DNA of 64,000 bases from Halobacteroidaceae bacterium (GTDB lineage: Bacteria > Bacillota > Halanaerobiia > B1SED10-174), in the NCBI GenBank assembly GCA_003551665.1, contig PUNE01000013.1, positions 179,932-243,931 of the forward strand, given 5' to 3'. Of the stretch, positions 49,474 to 60,402 are shown in pieces (positions within the stretch are counted from its first letter, which is position 1; each line of letters begins with the position of its first letter). The notes below the pieces were generated by a model. The model was not told the DNA's origin. It ran no database searches and saw only the letters and a list, made by a program, of their open reading frames with translations. The position numbers were made by a program, and so were the translations under genes.

Positions 49474-50916
49474 TTAACCGCTTCCAGTGGAAACTCCTTT
49501 TTCTGCTCTTAAAAAACCGAGAAGTTCTGGCCCTACTTTATACACATCCCCGGCACCCAGGGTTAAAACAAGATCCCCATGCTGTAATTCTCCTCCAATA
49601 AAGCGGGGAATATCCTCAAGTTTCGAGCAAAAACTCGTTTTTGGTTTCCCCTTTCCTGTTTTAAATAGTTTGGCCAGTTCCTCACCGCTAACCCCCGGAA
49701 TTGGCTTCTCCGAGGCAGCAAAAATTGAAGTAATAATTACCCTATCAGCCTTCTGCAGGGCTTCAACAAACCTCTCCCTGAGGGCCAGGGTTCGAGAAAA
49801 TCGGTGCGGCTGAAATATTACGACCACCCGCCCGGGATTGGTGCTCCGGGCAGCATCAATTGTAGCTTCAATTTCAGTTGGATGATGAGCGTAATCATCA
49901 ATGATCCTAACCCCTGCTTCTGCCCCTACTTTTTCAAACCTTCGCTGAACGCCTCGATAAGCTTCCAGGCCATTTTTTATTCCTTCCATCTTCAGTCCCA
50001 GAGCAAGTCCAATTCCAAAAACCCCAAGGGCATTATAAACATTATGACGCCCGGGGACTTTTAAATTAATTGTCCCCAGTTTTTCCTCTTTAAAATAAAC
50101 TTCAAATTGACTCCCCTCCAGATTTAACTGGACTCTCCTGGCCTGGAGATCGCCATTATCCAGCCCATACCCTAAAACAGGTGCACCCAGAGTATTCCCC
50201 TCCAGGACCTGTTTAACTCCTTTATCATCAGCACACATAATCAGTTTCCCCTCTGGGGGAACCTTTTTAATAAATTTTTGGAATATTTCCAGCAGCATTT
50301 CATAAGAGGAAAAAAAATCCGGGTGATCCAGCTCAATATTGGTAACCAGGGCAATTTCAGGAGAAAGAAAAAGGAAAGAACCATCACTTTCATCGGCTTC
50401 AGTTATTACAATTTCCCCTCCGCCAAGCTTTGCATTTCCTCCCAGGTCATTCAATTCTCCTCCAATTAAAACGGTGGGGTCAAGCTTGTTTTTTTCTAGG
50501 AGGAGAGAAGCCATAGAAGTGGTTGTTGTTTTTCCATGAGTTCCTGCAATTGCTATACCCCTTTTGTTTTCCATTAACCTGGCAATCATCTGAGCCCGCT
50601 GCCAGATGGGAAGCCCCAGTCGGCGGGCTTCAACTACTTCACAATTATCCTCAGGAATTGCCGAGGAAATAATAATGGTTCCTGCATCTTTTAAATTCAC
50701 TGGATCATGGCCAATGGAAATTCGAGCACCAGCTTTTTTCAAGGCCTGCAGTAATTCAGAATCTTTGAGATCAGACCCACTGACCGGGTAACCTTTTTCC
50801 AGCAGGAGTCGAGCAATCCCACTCATGGAAATACCGCCAATACCAATAAAATGAAAGGGACCCTTGCAATCCAGTTCTTCGGTTCCTTTATGGTCATTTT
50901 CCATGATTTTCACCAA
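49474..50916 (-). CDS. murC: UDP-N-acetylmuramate--L-alanine ligase
   Basis: FHFIGIGGISMSGIA, GTHGKTTTTSM P-loop. Confidence 0.93.
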   Translation of the reverse strand: MVKIMENDHKGTEELDCKGPFHFIGIGGISMSGIARLLLEKGYPVSGSDLKDSELLQALKKAGARISIGHDPVNLKDAGTIIISSAIPEDNCEVVEARRLGLPIWQRAQMIARLMENKRGIAIAGTHGKTTTTSMASLLLEKNKLDPTVLIGGELNDLGGNAKLGGGEIVITEADESDGSFLFLSPEIALVTNIELDHPDFFSSYEMLLEIFQKFIKKVPPEGKLIMCADDKGVKQVLEGNTLGAPVLGYGLDNGDLQARRVQLNLEGSQFEVYFKEEKLGTINLKVPGRHNVYNALGVFGIGLALGLKMEGIKNGLEAYRGVQRRFEKVGAEAGVRIIDDYAHHPTEIEATIDAARSTNPGRVVVIFQPHRFSRTLALRERFVEALQKADRVIITSIFAASEKPIPGVSGEELAKLFKTGKGKPKTSFCSKLEDIPRFIGGELQHGDLVLTLGAGDVYKVGPELLGFLRAEKGVSTGSG

Positions 50917-52036
50917 CCTCCTGGCCCGTCTTGTTTGCCTCTAAAACTGCCTTGATTACACGGGAAATTTGCTCAACCGAATTTTTATGCCCTAAAAATG
51001 CACTATTTTTTGCCATTTTGTCCAGTCTATCCGGGTCATTTAGCAATTCTTCTACTAAACTTGCCAGTTTTCCTGCCTCTAATTCCTCATCTGGCAAAAT
51101 AATTGCGCCCCCATTTTCTTCCAGAAAACGGGCGTTTGCAGTCTGATGGTCCTCAGCAGCAAAAGGGTAAGGAATCAAAATTGCAGGTAGGCCGCGAGCC
51201 ACAATCTCAGATACTGTGGTTGCCCCACTCCGACCAACAAAAAGATCTGCTGCAGCAAGGTATTGCCCCATATTTTTTATATAGGCAACTACTTTTAGAT
51301 ATTGCTTTTCCCCGGGGTTAACTCCAAGTTTCTGATAATAAGCAATCACTTCAGCATAATTATTTTCCCCGGTGGCATGGACAATTTTCCAGTTCTTTTC
51401 AATTTCATTATTTTTCAGCCATCTAACAACGGCTTTATTCACTGAACGGGCGCCCTGGCTTCCTCCTGCAACCAGAATTAGACGGTCATCCTTTTTCATT
51501 TTTAATTCTTCCCGGGCCGTCTCCCGGTCATAATTTAACACTTCTGAACGAACAGGATTGCCGGTAACAACAACCTCCTTGGCCCTGGAAAAATGCCTGG
51601 AAGCCGGAGGCATGCTGATACATACCGCTCTTGCATAACGGGATAAAAGGCGGTTAGTTAAACTCGGATAGGCATTCTGCTCGTGGATAATAATTGGAAT
51701 TTTTAAAAACAAAGCCCCCAGCAAAGCAGGAGCAGCAACATAACCCCCGGTTCCTATAATAAGGTTTGGTCGGAAGCGGGCCAGAAACCTCAGGGATTGA
51801 ATAGTCCCCCGGCAAAGGTTCCACCCCGTTTTAAACAAGCTCAGGGACAATCTCCTGCTGATTGGAGCAGCAGAGATGGAAACAAAATTAAAGCCGGCCC
51901 CGGGTATAATCTTTCCTTCCAGTTTATTCTTCTGACCCAAAAACACTATCTCAGCCCTATCTTTCCAGTCCTGGGCAATTGCCAGGCCAGGATAGATATG
52001 GCCCCCGGTTCCACCTCCCACAATGGCAATTCGCAT
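50894..52036 (-). CDS. murG: Undecaprenyldiphospho-muramoylpentapeptide beta-N-acetylglucosaminyltransferase
   Basis: MRIAIVGGGTGGHIYPGLAIA; GT28 family. Confidence 0.93.
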   Translation of the reverse strand: MRIAIVGGGTGGHIYPGLAIAQDWKDRAEIVFLGQKNKLEGKIIPGAGFNFVSISAAPISRRLSLSLFKTGWNLCRGTIQSLRFLARFRPNLIIGTGGYVAAPALLGALFLKIPIIIHEQNAYPSLTNRLLSRYARAVCISMPPASRHFSRAKEVVVTGNPVRSEVLNYDRETAREELKMKKDDRLILVAGGSQGARSVNKAVVRWLKNNEIEKNWKIVHATGENNYAEVIAYYQKLGVNPGEKQYLKVVAYIKNMGQYLAAADLFVGRSGATTVSEIVARGLPAILIPYPFAAEDHQTANARFLEENGGAIILPDEELEAGKLASLVEELLNDPDRLDKMAKNSAFLGHKNSVEQISRVIKAVLEANKTGQEVGENHGK

Positions 52037-52048
52037 TTTTTTCTCCTC

Positions 52049-53143
52049 CTAGCTCCTTGTCTGCCGGGAAATATTCAGCAGGATACCTATTGCACTCAAC
52101 ATAATTACCAGGGAAGAACCCCCGTAGCTGATGAAGGGAAGAACAATACCTGTTACAGGAAGAGATCCCGTTACAACACCAATATTAATTATAACCTGAA
52201 CAATAATCATTGTGGTCAAACCAACGGCAAGAAGGCTTCCCAGCAGGTCAGGGGCTTTAAGGCCGATAGCAATGCCCCGCCAGGCCAGGATAAAAAACAG
52301 AGCAATAACCAGAGTGGCCCCAAGGAATCCAAGTTCTTCTCCAATTACGGCAAAAATGAAATCAGTGCTGGGAGCAGGAAGGTAAAAAAACTTTTGCTTG
52401 CTCTGACCAAAACCCACCCCGAAAAGACCTCCAGAACCGAGAGCATACATTGATTGAATTATATGGAAACCAGAATCCAGGGGGTCCTGCCAGGGATTTA
52501 AAAAAGCCATAAGCCTCTGGCGGCGGTAGGTTTCACCCATCATCAAATAATAAAGGACGGGTGTTGACCCTAAAAACAATAACCCCAGGTGGGAAAGCCG
52601 TGCACCCGCAGCAAAAAACATCAGGAAAACAGTAATTCCAATACTGATTGCTGTTCCCAGGTCCGGTTCGAGAACAATCAGGTACAGGACCAGCCCCAGA
52701 ATCAAAATGGGAGGAAGCAACCCTTTAAAAGTTGCCCTGACCCGTTCATTTTTTGAAGCAAAATAGCCGGCCATATAAATAATCAAAGCAAACTTGGCAA
52801 CCTCGGAAGCCTGGACTACAATGGGACCAAAAACAAACCACCGCCTTGAACCTCCTGCCATATAGCCAAACTGGGGAATTAGAACCAGGATCAGGGTAAG
52901 AATACCCAGAAACAGGATTATTTTTGAAAGCCGGCCCCAGATGTGATAGTCAATCCTGGAAAGAACAAACATGGAAAAAAAACCCAAGGCAGCCCACATC
53001 ATCTGCCTTTTCAGGAGGAAATATGTATCTCCATAACGAGAAAGGGCCTGGATTGAGCTTGCACTTAAAACCATGATAAGCCCAATCCCAACAAGGGTTA
53101 AAACAACCACAAGTAAAGGGATATCAATTCCTCTTCTTTCCAT
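52049..53143 (-). CDS. ftsW: Peptidoglycan glycosyltransferase FtsW/SpoVE (SEDS family)
   Basis: 364-aa polytopic SEDS protein. Confidence 0.9.
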   Translation of the reverse strand: MERRGIDIPLLVVVLTLVGIGLIMVLSASSIQALSRYGDTYFLLKRQMMWAALGFFSMFVLSRIDYHIWGRLSKIILFLGILTLILVLIPQFGYMAGGSRRWFVFGPIVVQASEVAKFALIIYMAGYFASKNERVRATFKGLLPPILILGLVLYLIVLEPDLGTAISIGITVFLMFFAAGARLSHLGLLFLGSTPVLYYLMMGETYRRQRLMAFLNPWQDPLDSGFHIIQSMYALGSGGLFGVGFGQSKQKFFYLPAPSTDFIFAVIGEELGFLGATLVIALFFILAWRGIAIGLKAPDLLGSLLAVGLTTMIIVQVIINIGVVTGSLPVTGIVLPFISYGGSSLVIMLSAIGILLNISRQTRS

Positions 53144-54494
53144 GCTTTTCCCTCCCTTCTAACCGGGAAATTAATGTCCTGAAAAGATCTCCTCTTTCGC
53201 TATAATCGCGGTATTTATCCCAGCTGGCCGCCCCAGGTGAAAAGAGGACCCAGTCTCCCGGTTCAGCCTTCTCGAAGGCCAGTTCAACAGCCTTTTCCAG
53301 ATCCGCAACTAAAAAAATATTACCGAAACCTACTCCCAAAACAGCTTTTTTTATTTTTTTGCTGTTCTCTCCAGTCAAAATGAGAGCCCTTATATTTTCC
53401 CCTGCAATGGTTTTTGCCATCTCCGTTAAATCCAGTCCCCGGTCCTGCCCACCAGCTATTAATACCTTTGACCCGCATAAACCATTAAGAGCCGAAACAG
53501 TTGCCTCGGGGTTAGTTCCCTTGGAATCGTTAATAAAACGAATTCCTGCAACTTCTCCAGCCATTTCCATAGTATGAGGCAAGCCCCGAAATTTTTGTGT
53601 TTCTCGGGTAATATCTTTCTCTTTGACACCGAGCAGTCCAGCAATTCCCGCTGCAACCAGGACGTTTGAAACATTATGCCTGCCGGGAATTGAAATATCG
53701 TTAATCTGCAGGAGATTTTTGCCTTCCAGAGAACTGAAAAGCTGCTCACCTTTCAGGTGAAAACCATTTACCTGCTCTTGAAGACTGAACCAGATCTTTT
53801 GGGGAAGGACGGGTTCATTTTCCAGGCTTCTGGTTCCCTTGTTATCATAATTCAAAACCAAAAGGTCCTGTTCACACTGATTTTGATAGATTTTTCGTTT
53901 TATTGCAAAATACTCCTCCATGGTTTTATGTCTATTTAAATGATCAGGGGCAACATTAAGAATTACAGCGATTTCTGGGGCAAACTGATCGATTAATTCC
54001 AGTTGAAAGGAGCTAACTTCTGCAACCACCCAATCCTCTTTCCCCAGGTTGGTTACCTTGCTGATCAGGGGAACTCCAATGTTTCCGGCCACAACCACCC
54101 GTTGCTCCAGGTTGGTTAAATAATTCCCTAAAAGGCGGGCAACTGTAGATTTCCCATTTGTTCCCGTTATGGCAATAAACCGGGCCTGGGAGAACCGAAA
54201 GGCAAGTTCAACTTCCGACCAGACAGGGACCCCCGCCTTTTTTGCCTCGTTTAAAACCGGAATATCAGCGGGGACTCCCGGACTGACCACTATCAAATCT
54301 TTTCCTTTAAAAACCTTGTCAGAATGACCCCCAAATTCAATTTCCACCCCGGAAAGATGGCCCTGAAAGGGGGAGGATGTGCTGGCTTCACTAACAAAAA
54401 CTTTTGCCCCTCTTTGTTGCAGAAACTCTATTACTGCGGGTCCGGTTCTTTCTCCCAGTCCCACTACAGAAACTTTCCTGCCTGCAAGTTCCAC
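53124..54494 (-). CDS. murD: UDP-N-acetylmuramoylalanine--D-glutamate ligase
   Basis: GTNGKST P-loop; Mur ligase domains. Confidence 0.92.
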   Translation of the reverse strand: MELAGRKVSVVGLGERTGPAVIEFLQQRGAKVFVSEASTSSPFQGHLSGVEIEFGGHSDKVFKGKDLIVVSPGVPADIPVLNEAKKAGVPVWSEVELAFRFSQARFIAITGTNGKSTVARLLGNYLTNLEQRVVVAGNIGVPLISKVTNLGKEDWVVAEVSSFQLELIDQFAPEIAVILNVAPDHLNRHKTMEEYFAIKRKIYQNQCEQDLLVLNYDNKGTRSLENEPVLPQKIWFSLQEQVNGFHLKGEQLFSSLEGKNLLQINDISIPGRHNVSNVLVAAGIAGLLGVKEKDITRETQKFRGLPHTMEMAGEVAGIRFINDSKGTNPEATVSALNGLCGSKVLIAGGQDRGLDLTEMAKTIAGENIRALILTGENSKKIKKAVLGVGFGNIFLVADLEKAVELAFEKAEPGDWVLFSPGAASWDKYRDYSERGDLFRTLISRLEGREKHGKKRN

Positions 54495-55450
54495 TATAAT
54501 CCCCCCCAGATCCCCAGGAGGGTGAAGATCGCCCCAATAAGCCAGAACCTGATAACTACCTGAGTTTCAGTCCACCCGCTCAATTCAAAATGATGGTGGA
54601 GGGGAGCCATTTTAAAAATCCTTTTTCCTCCAGTAAGACGAAAGTAAACTACCTGGATTATTACGGAAAGAGTTACTATTACCAGCATCCCCCCCAACAC
54701 CAGGAGGAAAATGCCCAATTGCTGAAAGACCGCCAGGGAAGCAAGAAGACTTCCCAGGAATAAAGACCCGGTATCACCCATAATTAACCTGGCCGGGTGA
54801 CAATTAAACCAGAGAAATCCAAGGCAGAGTCCCGCGCCTGATCCGGCAATTATTGCTCCGACGGGCTGCTGGAAAAAAAGGCTTAAAACTGCAAATCCCA
54901 TAAAAATAATTGCTGTCAAACCTGCAGCCAGGCCGTCCAGACCATCGATAATATTTACCGCATTGGCAGTTGCCAGGTACACTAGGATAACAAAGGGAAT
55001 TATTAGCCAGCCAAGATCGATCTGGCTGCCCGTCCAGGGAACAAGCAGTTGAGTCCCCCCGGGATGATAAAGAAAAAGATATACCCCAACCAGTCCTGAA
55101 AAAACCAGCATCAGTAATATTTTTTGCCGGGCTTTTAACCCCAGAGAACGATCCTTCTTTATTTTAAAATAATCATCCTGCCCTCCAATAAAAGCAAATC
55201 CCCCCGCAATTAAAAGTGACCAGATTAAAAAGGGGCTAATTTCTGCAAAAAACAGAGTAACAATCATAAGAACTGGCCAGAACAGGGCCCCACCCATGGT
55301 TGGAATACCTTCTTTTCTCAGGTGGCTTTCGGGTCCGTCTTCCCTGATCTTCTGTCCAATCTGCATTTTTTTTAAAAATCTCAGCCAGAAAGGCATCAGG
55401 ACAAGCATTATCCCAAAACTAATCAGGCCAGCCATTATTGTCGAGGACAT
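54494..55450 (-). CDS. mraY: Phospho-N-acetylmuramoyl-pentapeptide transferase
   Basis: 318-aa polytopic protein; NAVNIIDGLDGLA motif. Confidence 0.93.
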   Translation of the reverse strand: MSSTIMAGLISFGIMLVLMPFWLRFLKKMQIGQKIREDGPESHLRKEGIPTMGGALFWPVLMIVTLFFAEISPFLIWSLLIAGGFAFIGGQDDYFKIKKDRSLGLKARQKILLMLVFSGLVGVYLFLYHPGGTQLLVPWTGSQIDLGWLIIPFVILVYLATANAVNIIDGLDGLAAGLTAIIFMGFAVLSLFFQQPVGAIIAGSGAGLCLGFLWFNCHPARLIMGDTGSLFLGSLLASLAVFQQLGIFLLVLGGMLVIVTLSVIIQVVYFRLTGGKRIFKMAPLHHHFELSGWTETQVVIRFWLIGAIFTLLGIWGGL

Positions 55451-55454
55451 GTTT

Positions 55455-56825
55455 TCACCCCTTCAGATCCCTGGCAATCTGATCCAGTTCTAACCCCCGG
55501 GATCCTTTAATAAGAACGGTATCTCCCACAGCAAGATTTTTTTGCAAAAAGTCAAGCGCCTGTTCATTGTTAGCGAATTTTATGATCTTTTTTGAAGGGA
55601 AACCTTCTTCGCGAGCTCCTTTGCCAATTAATTCTCCTCCGGGTCCTCTGGTCAATAAAAGATCCAGTTGCAATTCCGCAATATAGTGCCCTATTTCCCT
55701 GTGGAATTTTTCAGAAGAAGGACCAAGTTCAAGCATATCTCCCAAAAGAGCAATTTTCCTCTCTCCGCCAACCTCGTCCAGGATCTCCAGTGCATGTCTC
55801 ATGGAGGTTGGATTTGCATTATATGAATCATTAATAAGGAGATAGTCTCCCGGCATTTTTTTGATTTCCATGCGATTACCCGATAATTCAGTCTTGAGAA
55901 GACCCTCCCCGATTGCTGTCAGGGAAAACCCCAGAAACCAGCCAACACCAATGGCTGCAAGGGCATTATAAGCATTGTGTTTCCCAAGGAGTGGCAGCCT
56001 GAAGAGGTGGTAATCATCCCCAATTGAAACTCCCAGTGCTATATTTTGGTAACCCAGTCTTTTTATCTCTTCACCCTTAACATGATTGTTTTCCCCAAAC
56101 CCGAAAGAAATCTTCTTACCGGGATATTTCCTTGCCAGGGCAGTTACCAAGGGATCATCCCCATTATAAATCAGTGCTCCATCGGGAGGAAGAGCATCAA
56201 CCATTTCCCCCTTGGCCCGGGCAACTCCCTCCAGGTCTCCCAATAATTCCAGGTGCGCTGGTCCAATATTGGTCAGAACCCCAATATCTGGACGAGCAAT
56301 AGAACTCAAAATGGCAATTTCTCCCGGGGCGTTCATTCCCATTTCAACAACGGCTATTTCTTTCCCTTCATCCAGTTTTAAGAGGGTTAACGGAACCCCA
56401 TACTGATTGTTCAGGTTTCCAGGAGTTTTCAGGGTGGATTTTTCCTGAGCGGAAATGGCAGCAATAAAATCTTTGGTTGTGGTTTTGCCATTACTCCCAG
56501 TTATTCCGATTACAAGGGGAGAAAAAACTGTTCTGAAATAAGCCCCCAGGTCCTGCAAACCCTTTAGTGTGTCCTCAACCCGGACAATAAACTTCCCTTC
56601 GGGGGGACAAATATCGCGGGAAACAATGGCTCCAGCAGCACCCTTTTCCCAGGCCTGCTCCAGGAAATTATGCCCATCATGTTTTTCGCCAATAATGGCC
56701 ACAAATAAATTTTGTTTTTCCACCTGGCGGCTATCTATTGTAACTCCGCAGAAATTTAACTCCCCGGACCCAGAAAGATTTCCACCAGTAACCTTAGCAA
56801 CTTTTTTAGCGTTCATTTCTTCCAT
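55455..56825 (-). CDS. murF: UDP-N-acetylmuramoyl-tripeptide--D-alanyl-D-alanine ligase
   Basis: GITGSNGKTTTKD; Mur ligase C-domain. Confidence 0.92.
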   Translation of the reverse strand: MEEMNAKKVAKVTGGNLSGSGELNFCGVTIDSRQVEKQNLFVAIIGEKHDGHNFLEQAWEKGAAGAIVSRDICPPEGKFIVRVEDTLKGLQDLGAYFRTVFSPLVIGITGSNGKTTTKDFIAAISAQEKSTLKTPGNLNNQYGVPLTLLKLDEGKEIAVVEMGMNAPGEIAILSSIARPDIGVLTNIGPAHLELLGDLEGVARAKGEMVDALPPDGALIYNGDDPLVTALARKYPGKKISFGFGENNHVKGEEIKRLGYQNIALGVSIGDDYHLFRLPLLGKHNAYNALAAIGVGWFLGFSLTAIGEGLLKTELSGNRMEIKKMPGDYLLINDSYNANPTSMRHALEILDEVGGERKIALLGDMLELGPSSEKFHREIGHYIAELQLDLLLTRGPGGELIGKGAREEGFPSKKIIKFANNEQALDFLQKNLAVGDTVLIKGSRGLELDQIARDLKG

Positions 56826-58287
56826 TTTTCCGCACCCCCTTTTTCCAGACCAGGGCCCTCCTTGCTACCTCTCGATCATCAAAGGGATAAACATTTCCCT
56901 GGATTTCCTGACCCGTTTCGTGACCCTTTCCCACTATTAGAACCAGGTCTTCTTTTTCACCGATCTCAATCCCCCGGAAAATCGCTTCTTCCCTGTTGGG
57001 AATTATTTCGATATTACCGGTTTTACTAAGGCCTTTTTTCATGTCTTCTATTATTCGCCCAAGATCTTCATTTCGCGGATTATCAGCAGTAATAATAATA
57101 TAATCAGCCAGTTCACAGGCAATTCTACTCATTTTTGCTCTTTTTTCTCGGTCCCGGTCTCCCCCACATCCAAAAACAAGAATTAGTTTTTTGGGGGCAA
57201 TATCCCGGGCGGTCTTCAATACGTTAGCCAGGCTGTCCGGGGTATGAGCGAAATCAACAATAACCCCGACCTCTTCTCCCCGGCCAACCAATTCAAAACG
57301 ACCGGGAACACCCTTGACCTGTTTAATTCCCCGGGATATTTTTTTCAGGTCTAAACCCAAGGCGAGACCGGTCCCCACCGCTGCCAGGGTGTTATATGCA
57401 TTGAAGGTTCCGGCCAGGTTTACACCTACATCCCTATGTTCTTGCCCCCAAAAAATTTGTAAAATTAAACCCCTGGGACCAGATTCCAAAATATTTCCAT
57501 TTATGTCTCCCCGTCCCTGGAGGGAGTATGTCAAAACCTTTCCTTTCGCCTGGGAAATAAGGAACGGAGCATGTTCCGAGTCTGCATTTATTATGGCCAC
57601 TCCACTTTGCTTCAGGTGCCGGTTAAAAAGAAGGGCCTTGCTCTCCAGATAATCTTTTTGAGAGGGGTGGAACTCGCCATGTTCAGGAGTAAGGTTGGTA
57701 AATACTCCTACATCAAATTCAATCCCTCCAACCCTTTTAAGCTTAAGGGCATGGGAAGAAACCTCCATCACTACATTTTCCGCCCCCAGAGATAACATTT
57801 TTGCAAGGTATTGTTGTAAATCAAGGGATTCTGGAGTTGTCCTCTCCGCTGGAAATGTTTGATCTTGATACCTGTAGGTTACAGTTCCTAATAACCCTGT
57901 TTTTTTACCGGCGGCATTCAAAATTCCTTCAATCAAAAAAGATGTTGTGGTTTTACCATTGGTTCCTGTTATCCCGATCAAGCCCAGTTTTCTGGCAGGA
58001 TAATCCAAAAATGCTGCACTTAGTAGAGCCAGGGCAAGTCTGCTATCCTCCACCAGCAGGTAGGGGACCTGGTAATTTCCTTCTTTTTCCACTATCAGGG
58101 CTACAGCCCCATTTTTTCTGGCCTGGGGGATAAAATCATGGCCATCAAAGCGATAACCCCTGATTGCTGTAAAAAGCACACCCTGTTTAACCTTCCGGGA
58201 ATCATAAGTTATTGATGATATATCTACCTCCCCCGAACCAAACACCCGGGAGCCGGGGATTAATTCTTCAATTTCTTTTAGTTTCAT
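56806..58287 (-). CDS. murE: UDP-N-acetylmuramoyl-L-alanyl-D-glutamate--2,6-diaminopimelate ligase
   Basis: GITGTNGKTTTSF, DNPRNED motif. Confidence 0.92.
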   Translation of the reverse strand: MKLKEIEELIPGSRVFGSGEVDISSITYDSRKVKQGVLFTAIRGYRFDGHDFIPQARKNGAVALIVEKEGNYQVPYLLVEDSRLALALLSAAFLDYPARKLGLIGITGTNGKTTTSFLIEGILNAAGKKTGLLGTVTYRYQDQTFPAERTTPESLDLQQYLAKMLSLGAENVVMEVSSHALKLKRVGGIEFDVGVFTNLTPEHGEFHPSQKDYLESKALLFNRHLKQSGVAIINADSEHAPFLISQAKGKVLTYSLQGRGDINGNILESGPRGLILQIFWGQEHRDVGVNLAGTFNAYNTLAAVGTGLALGLDLKKISRGIKQVKGVPGRFELVGRGEEVGVIVDFAHTPDSLANVLKTARDIAPKKLILVFGCGGDRDREKRAKMSRIACELADYIIITADNPRNEDLGRIIEDMKKGLSKTGNIEIIPNREEAIFRGIEIGEKEDLVLIVGKGHETGQEIQGNVYPFDDREVARRALVWKKGVRKNGRNER

Positions 58288-58310
58288 TTCCCTTCACCTT
58301 TTCTCCCCTT

Positions 58311-60389
58311 CTAACGCAGTTGGATTTTAACTTCCTCCCCCTGAGCTTGAAATTCCCCGGCACCTGGTTCCTGGTTCTGGACGGTTCCCGTTCCAGAAAA
58401 AACAGCCCTAAAACCAAGTGAAGAAAGGATTTCTTCAGCCGTATCTCGGGTATATCCACGAAGGTTCGGCACATATGTAAAGTAGTTCTTCATCCTGTCC
58501 AGGGTTTCGGGGAAAAACATTACAACTGTAGTTCCCCTGGCCACTGACGTTCCGGGGCGTGGAATCTGCTCAGTAACCCGCGCTCCACTTCCTTCAAGCT
58601 TAACATTGAAGCCTTCCTCCCGCAACTTTTCCATTGCCTGTTCTGGGATTAAATCCTTAACATCTGGAACAGTTACTTTTTGGGTTCTGGCTTCTACCTG
58701 GGGAATTTCTTCCACAATAGTGGGCCTTAATTCCATATAGCGAATTGCATCGCTGGCAATCTCCCGGAATACGGGAGCAGCAATTTCACCTGCATAATAA
58801 GGGTAACTGGTCACCTCGTAAAGAACAACCAGGATAACGAGTTGAGGATCATCAATTGGCACAACTCCGACAAATGAAGAATCATAGGCTTCTTTCCCGT
58901 AATGCTTTGCAGTTCCTGTTTTCCCGCCAATTTCATAACCCGGTATTTGGGCCTGGGCACCTGTTCCTGATGCAACAACACTGGCCAGAAGAGCAAGAGT
59001 CATTTCAGCGGTTTCCTCTGAGACCACCTGGCGCAATACTTTTGGCCCAAAGTTTTCAACAAGGTTCCCGTCTGAATCCCTGACTTCCCTGACAAGGCGG
59101 GGTTCTAATAGTTTACCTCCGTTTGCAATTGCCCCGGTTGCCATAACCATTTGCAGTGGAGTTACCGCAATTCCATGACCAAAGGTCATGGTTGCCATCT
59201 CTACCGGACCCAGATCCTCATAATCATAAACCAGTCCTCTTGCCTCTCCAGGCAGATCAATTCCCAGGCGATTCCCAAAATTGAAGGCCTGGATGTACTT
59301 ATAAAAATTCTCCACACCCAGGCGGTTGCCCACCTGGACAAACCCGGGGTTACAGGAAGATTCAACTACCTCAATAAAGTTTAAGGTTCCATGACCCCGA
59401 TCTCTCCAGCAGCTAATGGTTTCTGGTCCTACCCTTATCTGTCCGGGATCAAAGAAAACATCCTCCATATTAACAACACCTTCATCAAGGGCCGAAGCCA
59501 TTGTAATAATCTTAAAAGTGGAACCCGGCTCAAAACTATTGGTTATGGCGGCATTCCTCCATGAGCTTGAAGGGTAGGCCTGAAAATTATTGGGATCAAA
59601 ATTCGGAGAATTTGCCATAGCAAGGATCTCCCCAAGTTTCGGATCAAGAACAATAACTGTGCCCCCCTGGGCTTCGTGTTGATTGAGTGCATTTTCGAGT
59701 TCTCTCTCAGCTATGTACTGTATTACCTGGTCAATTGTCAGGTAAATATCATGGCCGTCCTGCGGGGGAATATATCTGTCTATACCCTGAGGGATATTCT
59801 GCCCCAGGGCATCCCTTTCGGTTGATAATCTACCTGGCTGGCCCTGGAGGTAATGGTCCATGGATACCTCGATACCTTCAAGTCCCTGATTATCTACCCC
59901 TGCAAATCCAATAACATGAGAAGCAAGTTCCCCCTGAGGATAAAACCTTTTGCTTTCCTCAATAAAAGAAATTCCGGGAAGTCCCAGGTTGCTAACAGCC
60001 TGGGCTCTCTGGTTCTCTATTTTCCGTTCTAAATAAATTGCAGCCCGGGGTTGGGTAATTCTCCTTAAAATTTCATCGTAGGAGAAGTTAAGAATTCCCG
60101 CCAATTCCCGGGCCGTTCTCTCGGGGTTTTCAATTTCAGGAGGAAAGGCTACAACTGTTTCCGCACCTGCGCTTATAGCCAGTTCCCTTCCCAACCGATC
60201 ATAGATTAAACCCCGTTTGGGTTCCAGTTGCAGCATCCTGAGCCTCTGATCACTGGCCATTTGACCAAGAGCCTCGGTCTGGCCAATCTGGATAAAAAAA
60301 AGGCGAGCAAAAATTGCTAAAAGTAAAGCTACAAAAAAGACAAATAGGATTATAATCCTGTTTTTTATTATTAACTTTTCCTCGCTCAA
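58311..60389 (-). CDS. Class B penicillin-binding protein (FtsI/SpoVD/PBP2B-like) with C-terminal PASTA domains
   Basis: SxxK (STFK), SSN (SCN) and KTG(T) motifs. Two C-terminal PASTA-like repeats (VPDVKDL..., VPNLRGYT...). Confidence 0.9.
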   Translation of the reverse strand: MSEEKLIIKNRIIILFVFFVALLLAIFARLFFIQIGQTEALGQMASDQRLRMLQLEPKRGLIYDRLGRELAISAGAETVVAFPPEIENPERTARELAGILNFSYDEILRRITQPRAAIYLERKIENQRAQAVSNLGLPGISFIEESKRFYPQGELASHVIGFAGVDNQGLEGIEVSMDHYLQGQPGRLSTERDALGQNIPQGIDRYIPPQDGHDIYLTIDQVIQYIAERELENALNQHEAQGGTVIVLDPKLGEILAMANSPNFDPNNFQAYPSSSWRNAAITNSFEPGSTFKIITMASALDEGVVNMEDVFFDPGQIRVGPETISCWRDRGHGTLNFIEVVESSCNPGFVQVGNRLGVENFYKYIQAFNFGNRLGIDLPGEARGLVYDYEDLGPVEMATMTFGHGIAVTPLQMVMATGAIANGGKLLEPRLVREVRDSDGNLVENFGPKVLRQVVSEETAEMTLALLASVVASGTGAQAQIPGYEIGGKTGTAKHYGKEAYDSSFVGVVPIDDPQLVILVVLYEVTSYPYYAGEIAAPVFREIASDAIRYMELRPTIVEEIPQVEARTQKVTVPDVKDLIPEQAMEKLREEGFNVKLEGSGARVTEQIPRPGTSVARGTTVVMFFPETLDRMKNYFTYVPNLRGYTRDTAEEILSSLGFRAVFSGTGTVQNQEPGAGEFQAQGEEVKIQLR

Positions 60390-60402
60390 AGCGCATCACC
60401 TC